A stretch of DNA of 63,808 nt, counting the filler, from Octopus bimaculoides (lineage: Eukaryota): the NCBI RefSeq assembly GCF_001194135.2. It is 7 parts of 7 records of this genome, joined end to end, with 100 filler letters (N's around TTAATTAATTAA, not from the genome) between each part and the next. Parts side by side here need not be neighbours in the genome. Positions count along the whole stretch, not along the records: positions 37,475 to 52,849 come from NC_068988.1; positions 52,950 to 60,427 come from NC_068991.1; positions 60,528 to 62,560 come from NW_026318229.1; 4 more parts are not named here. The stretch is one strand, 5' to 3'. How positions within the stretch are numbered: the stretch's first letter is position 1; every line of letters starts with the position of its first letter. Under the pieces are notes generated by a model, which was given only the letters and a program-made list of their open reading frames with translations, searched no databases and had not been told where the DNA came from. Shown piece by piece: positions 49,141 through 61,382 of this stretch. The position numbers and the translations under genes are program-made.

Positions 49141-50890
49141 GCAAAGTTTTGAATACTGTTATACCTTTTCATCGTGATAATCCTGTGTGATTCATTTGAT
49201 GGACTTTGGGTGGGAGGAATTAATGACAGTTTTCTTTTTAACATTTAAATAATGCAGGAAAATACCAATTAGTAAGATAGCCACAATCATGAAATAGCAA
49301 CAAGGAAGCATTTAGAATAGAAAATTCATATGTGACCTGAAAATAATTAAATTCATGCATAGTCATTACTTTCGCNNNNNNNNNNNNNNNNNNNNNNNNN
49401 NNNNNNNNNNNNNNNNNNNNNNNNNNNNNNNNNNNNNNNNNNNNNNNNNNNNNNNNNNNNNNNNNNNNNNNNNNNNNNNNNNNNNNNNNNNNNNNNNNNN
49501 NNNNNNNNNNNNNNNNNNNNNNNNNNNNNNNNNNNNNNNNNNNNNNNNNNNNNNNNNNNNNNNNNNNNNNNNNNNNNNNNNNNNNNNNNNNNNNNNNNNN
49601 NNATAGAAAGTAAAAGAGTAATAGAACGATCAGTATGTAGGTTAGAGAGATATATTTATGTTCACACACCCTCTCAGAAGTTAAATGATAATTTCCAACG
49701 AAATACAAAAAAATTCCGAAACGAAGTAATCAATTCATTAATCAATTAATTAATTAAATACTTAGTTTATGTTGCGGGTAAAGCTATGTGAGTATGAGAA
49801 AGAGAGAGAGAAAGAGAAAAAGAAAAGTTATGAGAAAGAAGCGAGAAAGATAATGTGGTTTGTGATGCATTTGTGTGCACGTATATGGATGTGTATGTGT
49901 CTGACATGTATACGTACTAGCGGAACGCCTGAATATTTCACGGAATTAATTGTATTTCTGGGTCAATTCTGAAGACTTTATCCAAAAAACCTGAAAGCGT
50001 AGGCAGTGTTGTGTCTGTATGGAAAGATAGTCGCTCATCTGCTATTTATTGAAAAGTGAAAGAAATTGGAATACGATGATTACTTTAAATTTAGGAACTA
50101 CCCTTTCAGAAAAAAAAACCCCCATACCAGAGGAAACTAAAAGAATTCATTAAAAGCTTGAAATCTGTACCTGGACTGATCAAACAGTCAGACAAAACAG
50201 GAAGCTTATACAGAATGGATTATAGCACCTATAGGAACTTAATTCTCAAGGAACTAAACGCGAAATGCAAGGTAACGAGCGAGAAAACCCCCCAAAAAAT
50301 AAACTCTGAGGCTAAGAAGATCATGGGGAATCTCAACTTATCTGATAGGACTAACCTCTTAAACCTGTATTATTCTAAAAGATCGCAAGAATTATTCTTA
50401 TGAAAGACTTTCAATTAGACTCATGTCCTATCAGATCAGATATCGGTCGGCTTAGTAAGTCCATCCTAGATAAGATTATACTTAGTCTTGTTCTAAAAAT
50501 ACAGTTTAAGTTATGGTCAAATACCGAAGAAGTCATATCCTGGTTTGCAGCGTTAGAAAATAGAAGTACTTGTTCCTACAATTTGACAAAAATGCATACT
50601 GTTCTAGTTAATTCCCCATACGTTTAAATAAAGCTCTAATATTTGCCAGAAAGTTCTCATCCATTATAAAAGATCAATAGATATAATACTATTAGCTACA
50701 AGAACTATGATTTAATTTGAAGGTAGACTATGGACTAAGTGTAATACACTCGACAACTTTGATATAGCCATGGGTTCGAGCGACTCAGCCGAGATCACTG
50801 AAATTGTAGGGATTGACCTCCTACATTGCCTTAGAAAAGAATTCCCAGATCTTCGTGGCGGTCTATATAAGGACGATACACTCTTCGTAA

Positions 50891-51509
50891 TCTTACTATA
50901 ATGGGCGTTATGTCTGTCGGTCTGTCCGTCTATCTGTTCCTTCTTCACGGTTAAACGGTTGGACAGACCGATAGATGGGAAAAAATATGATTATTTAGTG
51001 GATATTGAATATTGAGTTTTGTATTAATAAATCACCTTTGATTTTTTTTTTGTCAAAATTCTGGCGATGAGGATTAACTCTGGATTTCCCCATCCCGTAT
51101 AGTTCATGAATTTTGAGGGTTTAGATTTGCGACGCTATCCCTTTATTTCCCATCGTAGATGGGCAGATTTGCTATCTTACTATAATGGGCGTTATGCCCT
51201 TCTGTCCGTCTCTTTGTCTGTTCCATCTTCACGGCCAGACGGCTGGACCAATGGTTACGATATTTTTCGGGATTACAAAGATGGCCGTCAGGAAGGTTTT
51301 TAGCATTAAAAAATCAGAGACTATGATTATTTCGTGGATATCGATTTTTGAATTGATAAACCACGTTCGCAATTTTATTAAAAATCCACCGACCACGTGT
51401 AACTCTGAATTTTCATCGTATAGTTCATGGCCCCTTCGTAGATACGAAGGGGGTCGCGAGGACGGTAAATAGAGAAAATAAAATGGAAAAAAGGTGTGTC
51501 AATATCTAG
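50891..51509 (+). mobile_element. Non-autonomous Helitron-like insert with duplicated 5' end
   Basis: A|TCTTACTATAATGGGCGTTATG at 50891 and again at 51175; (GTCY)n-like tract; hairpin ccccttcgta-gat-acgaagggg; ends CTAG|T; no TSD visible. Confidence 0.75.
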
Positions 51510-52044
51510 TGTGTGTGATTATTTAGTGATTATTGAAATGCGTCAGTCTCAAGTAGTATTCGAAACGACTATTCGAAGCAGCTGTTTTTTGTCAATCAAA
51601 ATAACCCGTGGTATCAGAACATCCACACATTATTCACGTAGAACTTTAACCTCGACCTAACTTTCGAACAGGAACTAAAATCGTTAATTTCTTAGATGTC
51701 ACTTTAAATCTTAAATCCGGATTATACTATCTCTATTGAAAACCGGATGAAATCACTAAATACGTTAGTAAATTCTCCAGTCACTTCACTCTCCGTAATT
51801 AACTCTTCATAGCTTTCAGCGAATGAACACATCTTTAATTCCTACTCGCATTTCTATAATTTGGCCCTTTCTGGTGCTGGCTATAAGCACGAAATTGTAT
51901 ATGAAAACTCTGGAACTACTAAAAACTATAATATCAATATTAATGATAGGTGTATTGAAAGTTATGATAACAGGGGGTACTATATCGAGAGGGGAGACTA
52001 TATCGGCTCCTACTAGTTCTAGTGCCCCTATTGGCGGGATGAAA

Positions 52045-52175
52045 TTGAATATATTGACCCCAGTATTTCACTAGTATTTAATTTATCGAACCCGAAAGGA
52101 TGAAAGGCAAAGTCGACCTCGGCGGCATTTGAATTCAGAACGCAGCAACGCTAAGCATTTCGCCCAGCGTGCTAG
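52045..52175 (-). mobile_element. SINE family B monomer inside the PLE linker
   Basis: aatttatcgaacccgaaaggatgaaaggcaaagtcgacctcggcggcatttgaattcagaacg. Confidence 0.85.
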
Positions 52176-52689
52176 CTTCACTCAGCTTACTACAATAACT
52201 GATATTAGCAGTACTATTGGTTCGAACAGCATCCAACTCAATCAATCCACCACACGCTTCTTCCCCACCCTCCTTCCACTGGCCTTAATTCAAACCAACA
52301 CACGTCGCCTCCCGTTAAATATATGGTAAATGAACATAGCACAAATAATAGTGCTGGCAACCAATCCTCAGTATCACCAGTCACCAATCCATCTATTACG
52401 GAAGTTGATGACATAATTTCTCGTGACCCTGATAATAACCCTCATTCCTCCACTCAGCGGTTAGCAAGTAATAGTTATGATAAGTGCCTTAATAACAATC
52501 TCATTAATAACTAGTAGTAGCTATATGAACATTAATAACTCTCAGATTCTCGATCCCATAGGACGTACCGTTACTGGAAGGCCCACTCGCAACTGTTTGG
52601 ATAGAAACTCATGCCCAACCTCCGGCCAATGTATGTCCGAAAATGTAGTTTACATGTGTAACGTGGTGATCGACACGAATACTTATGTT

Positions 52690-52849
52690 TATATATGCTG
52701 CTCTGTAAATTTGAAGCAGTGAACCATTTATATAGGCTGTTCCGTAAAATTGAAGCAGTGAACCATTTATATAGGCTGTTCCGTAAAATTGAAGCAGTGA
52801 ACCATTTATATAGGCTGTTCCGTAAAATTGAAGCAGTGAACCATTTATC
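52690..52849 (+). repeat. 39-bp minisatellite, about four units, truncated by the linker
   Basis: tatataggctgttccgtaaaattgaagcagtgaaccatt repeats at period 39; the first unit (52690) is diverged. Confidence 0.95.
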
Positions 52850-52949
52850 NNNNNNNNNNNNNNNNNNNNNNNNNNNNNNNNNNNNNNNNNNNNTTAATTA
52901 ATTAANNNNNNNNNNNNNNNNNNNNNNNNNNNNNNNNNNNNNNNNNNNN
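52850..52949. other. Artificial scaffold linker
   Basis: N44-TTAATTAATTAA-N44. Confidence 0.95.
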
Positions 52950-53614
52950 GGGGGGAGAGAGAGGATGGTAGTGAAAGAATGGTAGGAAGAGAGGTTAATT
53001 CAATATTCAGTATATCTATTAAGTTATTTATTTCACATTAACACCATAGCCCCTTCTAATTAGTAATTAGTTATAGAGCATTTTTAGTGATTAATTGCCC
53101 CGATTAGAAGTATTAAGATGTACCATGTTGAATTCGTATATGCTTAGTTACTATACGCAAATGTGTGCTATACTATATATAAGTGTGATGTGTGTGTGTA
53201 ATATATACAGCGACTGCTTGTGTATATGTAAGTGTATGTGTGTGCTTGTTCATGTGTGTAAGGATGTCTGCGTGCTTATGTGATTACTTTTAATGGAGAT
53301 ATATTCGCTGCGTCAGCAGTGTTGAGAATCTCTAAATAGCCTCGAGAGATACTATCGCACGCCGTTCCCGTTGTTGAGTGATGGCACTGGTAGGTGTGAC
53401 TGACTTTAGTTGTGGTCAAATATTAGAGTTGTTAGTGGTAGTAATGATTGCTGACCAATTAATAGATGTTGATGTTGTTGTTGTTGTTTACCTCGATGAC
53501 AACTTTGATCGATCAGAGAGTGATCAAAGGCAATATAACTGAATATATTCTTAAATACACACACACAGAGACAAACACACACACACACACACACGCACAC
53601 ACACACACACACAC

Positions 53615-53820
53615 TCTTTTACTCTTTTACTTGTTTCAGTCTTTTGACTGTGGCCATGCTGGAGCACCGCCTTTATTCGAGCAAATCGACCCCAGGACTT
53701 ATTCTTTGGAAGCCTAGTACTTATTCTATCGGTTTCTTTTGCCGAACCGCTATGTTACGGGGACGTAAACACACCAGCCTCGGTTGTCAATCGATGTTGG
53801 GGAGACAAACAGACACACAA

Positions 53821-53830
<10 letters not shown>
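53615..53830 (-). mobile_element. SINE family A 3' half
   Basis: ctcttttacttgtttcagtc...gctggagcaccgcc...gaccccaggacttattc...gccgaaccgcta.gttacggggacgtaaacacacc. Confidence 0.9.
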
Positions 53831-53863
<33 letters not shown>

Positions 53864-54855
53864 NNNNNNNNNNNNNNNNNNNNNNNNNNNNNNNNNNNNN
53901 NNNNNNNNNNNNNNNNNNNNNNNNNNNNNNNNNNNNNNNNNNNNNNNNNNNNNNNNNNNNNNNNNNNNNNNNNNNNNNNNNNNNNNNNNNNNNNNNNNNN
54001 NNNNNNNNNNNNNNNNNNNNNNNNNNNNNNNNNNNNNNNNNNNNNNNNNNNNNNNNNNNNNNNNNNNNNNNNNNNNNNNNNNNNNNNNNNNNNNNNNNNN
54101 NNNNNNNNNNNNNNNNNNNNNNNNNNNNNNNNNNNNNNNNNNNNNNNNNNNNNNNNNNNNNNNNNNNNNNNNNNNNNNNNNNNNNNNNNNNNNNNNNNNN
54201 NNNNNNNNNNNNNNNNNNNNNNNNNNNNNNNNNNNNNNNNNNNNNNNNNNNNNNNNNNNNNNNNNNNNNNNNNNNNNNNNNNNNNNNNNNNNNNNNNNNN
54301 NNNNNNNNNNNNNNNNNNNNNNNNNNNNNNNNNNNNNNNNNNNNNNNNNNNNNNNNNNNNNNNNNNNNNNNNNNNNNNNNNNNNNNNNNNNNNNNNNNNN
54401 NNNNNNNNNNNNNNNNNNNNNNNNNNNNNNNNNNNNNNNNNNNNNNNNNNNNNNNNNNNNNNNNNNNNNNNNNNNNNNNNNNNNNNNNNNNNNNNNNNNN
54501 NNNNNNNNNNNNNNNNNNNNNNNNNNNNNNNNNNNNNNNNNNNNNNNNNNNNNNNNNNNNNNNNNNNNNNNNNNNNNNNNNNNNNNNNNNNNNNNNNNNN
54601 NNNNNNNNNNNNNNNNNNNNNNNNNNNNNNNNNNNNNNNNNNNNNNNNNNNNNNNNNNNNNNNNNNNNNNNNNNNNNNNNNNNNNNNNNNNNNNNNNNNN
54701 NNNNNNNNNNNNNNNNNNNNNNNNNNNNNNNNNNNNNNNNNNNNNNNNNNNNNNNNNNNNNNNNNNNNNNNNNNNNNNNNNNNNNNNNNNNNNNNNNNNN
54801 NNNNNNNNNNNNNNNNNNNNNNNNNNNNNNNNNNNNNNNNNNNNNNNNNNNNNNN

Positions 54856-54929
<74 letters not shown>

Positions 54930-55384
54930 CACTTCACATTTATATGAATGTTTGTTTATGTGTAAATGTATATATGTGTATACGCATTTTGTGTTTATAT
55001 GTGTGTGCTTCTGTGAGAAAGTGGGAGAATCCGAGGGAGTTCGATCAATAGATTTAGAGAGACAATCAGACAAACAGAAAGACAGAGAACAAAGAGGGAG
55101 CGCGCGCGAGACTGAGAGGGAGAGGGAGAGGGAAGGGGGGAATAAGGTTGCACATTGCTGCATGACACAGAACTTGACACAATGCAACAAGAAATTCATG
55201 AATAAAGGTGGAAGATATCAAAACTGCTACCCACAATGCATGTAGTCACATGATTGTGAACCCTGCTGAAGTGTGACGGTCGATGATAGTCACCCGGTTA
55301 CGACCAGATGGCGCTGCATTTTTTCTTAGGAGACGGACCTGTTTGGCCTATTGACAATTGTTCCAACAATAGAAGAACAGCTTT

Positions 55385-55445
55385 GCGAGACCACATGACC
55401 AACACGTGATGTTTGACGTCATATCAAAGCTAAAAACATGGCACG
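55385..55445. promoter_or_regulatory. Cluster of bHLH-ZIP, bZIP and YY1-like motifs (possible promoter or enhancer)
   Basis: CACATGAC (55392), CACGTG (55403-55408), TGACGTCA (55414-55421), aaaacATGGC (~55433-55442); motif match only. Confidence 0.35.
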
Positions 55446-55499
55446 AACACACCGGCTCTATAACTACGCTACTACCATTGCATTAGCGCTACAACAGCA

Positions 55500-56500
55500 A
55501 CAACATTATGACAACACCACCAACAACACCAATATCATAATAATATTAGAACAAAACTATAATAACAGCAAAATGCCACCATAACAACACTACCATTTAT
55601 ACTAACATCATAACAACACCTATATAACAACCATACCAACATCATNNNNNNNNNNNNNNNNNNNNNNNNNNNNNNNNNNNNNNNNNNNNNNNNNNNNNNN
55701 NNNNNNNNNNNNNNNNNNNNNNNNNNNNNNNNNNNNNNNNNNNNNNNNNNNNNNNNNNNNNNNNNNNNNNNNNNNNNNNNNNNNNNNNNNNNNNNNNNNN
55801 NNNNNNNNNNNNNNNNNNNNNNNNNNNNNNNNNNNNNNNNNNNNNNNNNNNNNNNNNNNNNNNNNNNNNNNNNNNCCATTTATACTAACATCATAACAAC
55901 ACCTATATAACAACCATACCAACATCATAAGAATACCATAACACGACCATCAAGACTAACAACATGACAACACCACCACCGACACCAACATCATAACAAC
56001 AACAGCTTCATAACAATATCGTAACAAAGCCACCATCAATAATATCATAACAATGCTATAATAGTACCAACATCATAACAATATCATAAAAACATCATAA
56101 TAATATGACATCATAACAACAACAACAACATCATAACAATATCATAACAAGACCACCATCAACAATATCATAACAATACCATAACAGCACCAGCATCATA
56201 ACAATATCATAAAAACAACAGCATAACAATATCGTAACAAAACCATCGTCGATAACATCATAACAACACCATATGAGCAACACATCGAACATCAATATCG
56301 TAACAACATCATCATAACAACGCCAGAAACATTGACATCACAACACCACCATTATAACCTCAAAATCATAACAACACTATCACAACAACAACACAATATG
56401 ACATCGACACCATAGCAACGTATACACACCGTAGTAATACCATCACCATAGCAACAACGTCATAACAACACTATCGTAATAACTCCAATACCATAACGTC
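55500..56500. repeat. Degenerate (CAA/CAT)-based tandem array, recurring catcataacaa unit
   Basis: Directly visible; about 50 bp is duplicated on both sides of the internal gap. Confidence 0.85.
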
Positions 56501-56802
56501 TACACAATCCACAGGACCCGAGCAATCGAAGGAGCCCCTAAATGTCCCTTCAATCTATTAGAAATAATACCCAAATTACCCTCGAATGACGTGCAGCAAA
56601 CTTTTTAAAAAAAGTAAAAAGATTAGTTGGATAATGTAGCGTTGGATACTCTCGAATGCATTTGGATTGTCAAGGCAGGAACGCTTCAGATCCTATGTCT
56701 GCTTGGTCAGGGCTGATATGGAATTAAATAACAATAGCAACATGAATGCAACGCGATGAACAATACGTTTCAGAAACGAAAATATCACCCAACACCAAAT
56801 AC

Positions 56803-56876
<74 letters not shown>

Positions 56877-57348
56877 GAAATACAGCAACAATATGTACAA
56901 CATCAACACAACAGACATCACTATAATCGGATTCTGAAAATACTATTCAGGCGATATAAAATTCGTAGAGAGAAAAACGCAGGCCACCACGGAGAACAAC
57001 ACGAAGCGTGAAAGAAATTCGATGGTGATGACTAGTCGCAAAACAGATAATTATAAGGTCGAAAAGATAGGAGCATCGCAGCACAAAAACCTTCATCACA
57101 TGCGAACGCACAACAAGGATGACAATAGCGTCCAGAACTCACCTAAAAAACATACCTTGAATTAACATGGAAATATGACACAGTAAAATAAGATAAAATA
57201 AAATGAAATAAAATGAAATGAAATAAACAGAAACATTAGTATTATGTTCCTTGTAAAGTTTCAGATCAGCAACTATATTGCCATTCATTCTATGATAATG
57301 TAACTACAAGAAAAACAACAGTAGCAACAATAAAAAAAAAACATAATG

Positions 57349-57409
<61 letters not shown>

Positions 57410-58076
57410 TAATAATAATAAGCTGTGTACTGAAACCTAAGCGCAACGTACATAATACACGGCAAGGGTACATGCACACATCAATGAACAGTAACAATCA
57501 AAATAGCCAGTGTTCACCATGTAACAACAAACACGCACAGAGCTGGTTTTACTACAATGCTAACGGCCTCAAACATCTTTGTGGATTTAAAGTAAAGATG
57601 AAAAAAATAAAGAGAAAAAAATAATAAAAGAAATTGGGTAAAAAGAGAGACCTCCTCGCCATCACGCATTACAATCACATTGCAATGATCTAAGAAAGAA
57701 AATTGCAACCCGAGAGACAGATATATTCAGTGCTGACAGTTAAAAAGTGGTGGTGGGGGGTGGGGAAATGTTATAACAATAACTAATATAGATATTGTAA
57801 TATATGCTGTGGATTGAGTAAAATCTACATAGAAACATCAATATATATATATATATATCCATCTATCTATCATTCTATCATTCTATCTATCTATCTATTT
57901 ATCTATCTGTCTGTTTGTCTATCATCTATCTATCTATCTGTCATCTATTTATCTATCTATTATTCTATCTATCTATAAAAATGTGTGTGTATATATATAT
58001 GTATATATATAAATGACAAACAAATAAACGATTAACTTATGAAGTTCATATATATGTGTGTGTAGAGAGAGCGAGA

Positions 58077-58118
<42 letters not shown>

Positions 58119-58131
58119 TAGATAGATAGAG

Positions 58132-58179
<48 letters not shown>

Positions 58180-59244
58180 TCATACATATACACACATCCA
58201 TACAAGTATATGTACACAAACAGATATGTATACATAAATGTATGTGTGTGTGATTGTGTGTTTGTGTGTGTCTGTGTGTGTATATATAATTGTATATGTA
58301 TATATAGATAGATATATACATGCATATGTATGCATATAAGTATGTATACTCCAACATGCATAATATAACCCCAGAGAGTCATCTTGATAAAACAAAAAAA
58401 AAAACAAGAAAAAGCTTGAGCCAAACGCGTTTTATACCAATTGCAAACACAACAACAACACAAGAAATAAGAAACGAACAAAGAAAAAAAAATGCGCTGT
58501 ATATAAATCAGTAAACAGGCTAACATTTGTATCGGCGTAATCATACAAAGAACACAGGGCTAGTAACAATAAACAGCTATACCAAGTCAAATGTTACACA
58601 AACAACTTTATGAAGCATACTCTCAGCTCAACAGCAAGCAAATTCTATAATGAAATATTTGAACAAAATCACTCACTAGGCAACAATATCATGAATACAC
58701 GAAGTCAAATCTTGCGACCAGCATTATACTCCCGGATAAAGATCTCAAACTCTTCCCTCCATTAGCAAAACAATGAAGGGATCGAAAGGCTGGAGACCTC
58801 ACGGCCCGATGAAGGATTTAACGTAAAGCAAAATGTATTATCATACTCAACAATAGGGGTTATTCTGTATCTGCATCAAGTATTTCCGTTATTTTCTTTA
58901 TATTAAACGTTGAGCTGGCAGAAGCGTTGCTCAAAAGCATTTCAAATGCGGACAAGATCGACTTTTCTTTCATTAATTTCTGATCGATAAAGTAAGTACT
59001 AATCAAATACTGAGGGTGGAGGGGGACATGCCATCGACTGTCCCCCTTCCTTAAAATTGCTAGTTGAAATAACCATATCGTTATATAATAACCATATCGT
59101 TATATAATGCAAATAACGGGTATTTCCAAATCTGGGATTGTTTTTATGCGAGGCTAGAATACTGTTACTGAAAGACAGAAAAATTAGTGGCAGGTGCTCC
59201 AGCATTGCAGCAGTAAGATGACTGAAGTAAGTAAAATTTAGGGG

Positions 59245-59420
59245 AGGTCCTAGTCGATTACATCGAGCCCAGTACATAACTAGTACTTAATTTATCGACC
59301 CTGAAAAGATGAAAGGCAAAGTCGACCTCGACGGAATTTGAACTCTGAACGTAAAGACAGACGAAATACCACTAAGCATTTCGCCCGGCATGCTAACGAT
59401 TCTGCTAGCTCACCGCCTTA
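59245..59420 (-). mobile_element. SINE family B monomer (tail to tail with a family A tail at ~59150-59200)
   Basis: gtcgattacatcgagcccag...aatttatcgaccctgaaaagatgaaaggcaaagtcgacctcg...ctgctagctcaccgcctta. Confidence 0.88.
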
Positions 59421-59643
59421 GATGGGCAGTGTTAATGACATATATTAAATAAAGCAGCGAGGGAGCCTGTACACAGATATTCGACCTCCGTGGAACTGCA
59501 ATTTCATGTCCTTCAAAGAGCATTCGGTTAATAAAAGCTAATGCCATTTGCTAACGTCTAGTGTCAGATGGGACAACTTGATGAAGTGAGTTGACCCTAT
59601 TCAAAGTTGGATAAATGCTACGATGTAAACACACAGACACATA

Positions 59644-59682
<39 letters not shown>

Positions 59683-59934
59683 AGTTCTCTAAGCAGGTAT
59701 CGCCAGACTTTTGATGCAGATTCTTTGCTCAACGTTCTCTGTCATGGTCAATGTGACGATCACACGCTACACACTTTCCTTCCAAGCACTGCTGTAAACA
59801 GCGGAAGTGAGCTAGAACGCCAAAACTTAGTATGCATGCACAGCAGTGTTCAAGGTCAATCCGTACCAAGCGGCTTCCCTAAGTCTGCTATAACTTCGTT
59901 ACGATGGCAACAGTCCGGATATTTATTGATCAGA

Positions 59935-59967
<33 letters not shown>

Positions 59968-60279
59968 TGCACACATAGTTGTATGTATGTATGTATGTGT
60001 GTGTATGTATTTATGTATGTATGTATGTATGCATGCATGTATGTATGTATGTATGGTACGCATGCGTGTAAGGACGTGCATACAATTTGTTTTAATACTT
60101 ATTAGTGTGTGAGCATCGTGTATGTCCCAGGAGAGTTTTAATTATGCAACTCTTTCAAAAAGAAAACAATCCTCTTACGCTTATACAAGTTGGCCTCTAA
60201 AAACTGAAGACAATGACTGACTTTCAGGAAACAACAACAACAACAATAATAATGATAATAATAATATTTAATGATAATG

Positions 60280-60319
<40 letters not shown>

Positions 60320-60324
60320 TTATG

Positions 60325-60427
<103 letters not shown>

Positions 60428-60527
60428 NNNNNNNNNNNNNNNNNNNNNNNNNNNNNNNNNNNNNNNNNNNNTTAATTAATTAANNNNNNNNNNNNNNNNN
60501 NNNNNNNNNNNNNNNNNNNNNNNNNNN
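60428..60527. other. Artificial scaffold linker
   Basis: N44-TTAATTAATTAA-N44. Confidence 0.95.
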
Positions 60528-60599
60528 AAAAGACATTTTTGAAACTTTCTGAATTTTGTCAAACACCTTTCCCCAAATTTGTACTGATTTTGGCATTTT

Positions 60600-60830
60600 T
60601 TTTTCTGCACTATGCACAGTCTTGTAGGTACTTCCAGTTAACCCCTATGTTACATGGCTGTAACTCCACCTCCTTCTCATTAAACACTTTAGTTAGGATG
60701 TCTCTAAATCTTTGATTATCCAAAGGATCCTTAAGCTTCCATATCTTTCTTTTTCAGCTTGGTCTGGTTCTTGAAATCCTTCTAACCTGTAGTCTGAAAT
60801 CACCAATGACTAACCTATGCAGAGAGGTAC
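60600..60830 (-). mobile_element. RTE-type LINE fragment (end of endonuclease)
   Basis: Minus: HRLVIGDFRLQVRRISRTRPS*KRKIWKLKDP. Confidence 0.6.
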
Positions 60831-60889
60831 ATTCTTCACTCGGGAAAGTCTATGCATTTTAGAGCAACCATGTATCTTAGTTTCTGGTG

Positions 60890-61255
60890 AGAATGTAGTC
60901 AATCTGACTAGCTTGCCTACCAAATTGATAGGTTATCAGGTGACAGGCAGCCCTCCTGAAGTTGCTGAACTTGCTGATGACAGAGTTCTGGTGACAAACA
61001 CAGTAAGGGAAGCAGAGGAATTGATGCAGGAGGTGGAGACTGTATTGATGAGTGAGGGGCTGAAAATGAATGAGAANNNNNNNNNNGGCTGAAAATGAAT
61101 GAGAATAAGATGAAGTATCTGGTAAAGAACATTAAGTCAGAGAAGATTATGAATGTAGGCGGGAAGCCACTAGAGTTGGTCGAGGACTTCCTGTAGCTGG
61201 GAGTAAAGATTGGGAACACAGAGGATAATATACATATATGTTTAGAAAAATCCAA
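60890..61255 (+). mobile_element. RTE-like LINE reverse-transcriptase fragment
   Basis: LADDRVLVTNT..EAEELMQEV..EGLKMNENKMK...GKPLELVEDFL*LG. Confidence 0.7.
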
Positions 61256-61315
61256 GAAGTATACAAGAAAATAATTTAAGTTTTTGCTAATAAAATAGAA
61301 GAAAATGTTTCTTAC

Positions 61316-61382
61316 TTTATCATAATTAACAATGAAGTATTCTGGATATTTCTCCACAAGATGGATCACAAGATGGCTACCA
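61316..61382 (-). CDS. TGDS: Internal exon of dTDP-D-glucose 4,6-dehydratase (equivalent to exon 2)
   Basis: ttttgtAG | T + GSHLVIHLVEKYPEYFIVNYDK | GTAAG; 67 nt, phase 2 to phase 0; matches recalled human [22 protein letters not shown]. Confidence 0.82.

Larger units (their letters stand above)
50050..52849 (+). mobile_element. Penelope-like retroelement remnant (RT, linker, start of GIY-YIG), interrupted by two insertions
   Basis: SDKTGSLYRM, INSEAKKI, DIGRLSKSILDKI, WSNTEEVISWF, FDIAMGSSDSAEITEIVG, GGLYKDD, IVNFLDVTLNL, ALSGAGY, then NCLDRNSCPTSGQCMSENVVY...YI(G). Confidence 0.9.

Noticed and set aside
57140-57170. Splice-donor-like sites (aag|gtatgt, tag|gtgagt on minus); also 62785 (+) and ~62910 (-)
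   Set aside because: No matching acceptor or reading frame could be established; could be UTR exons but unsupported.
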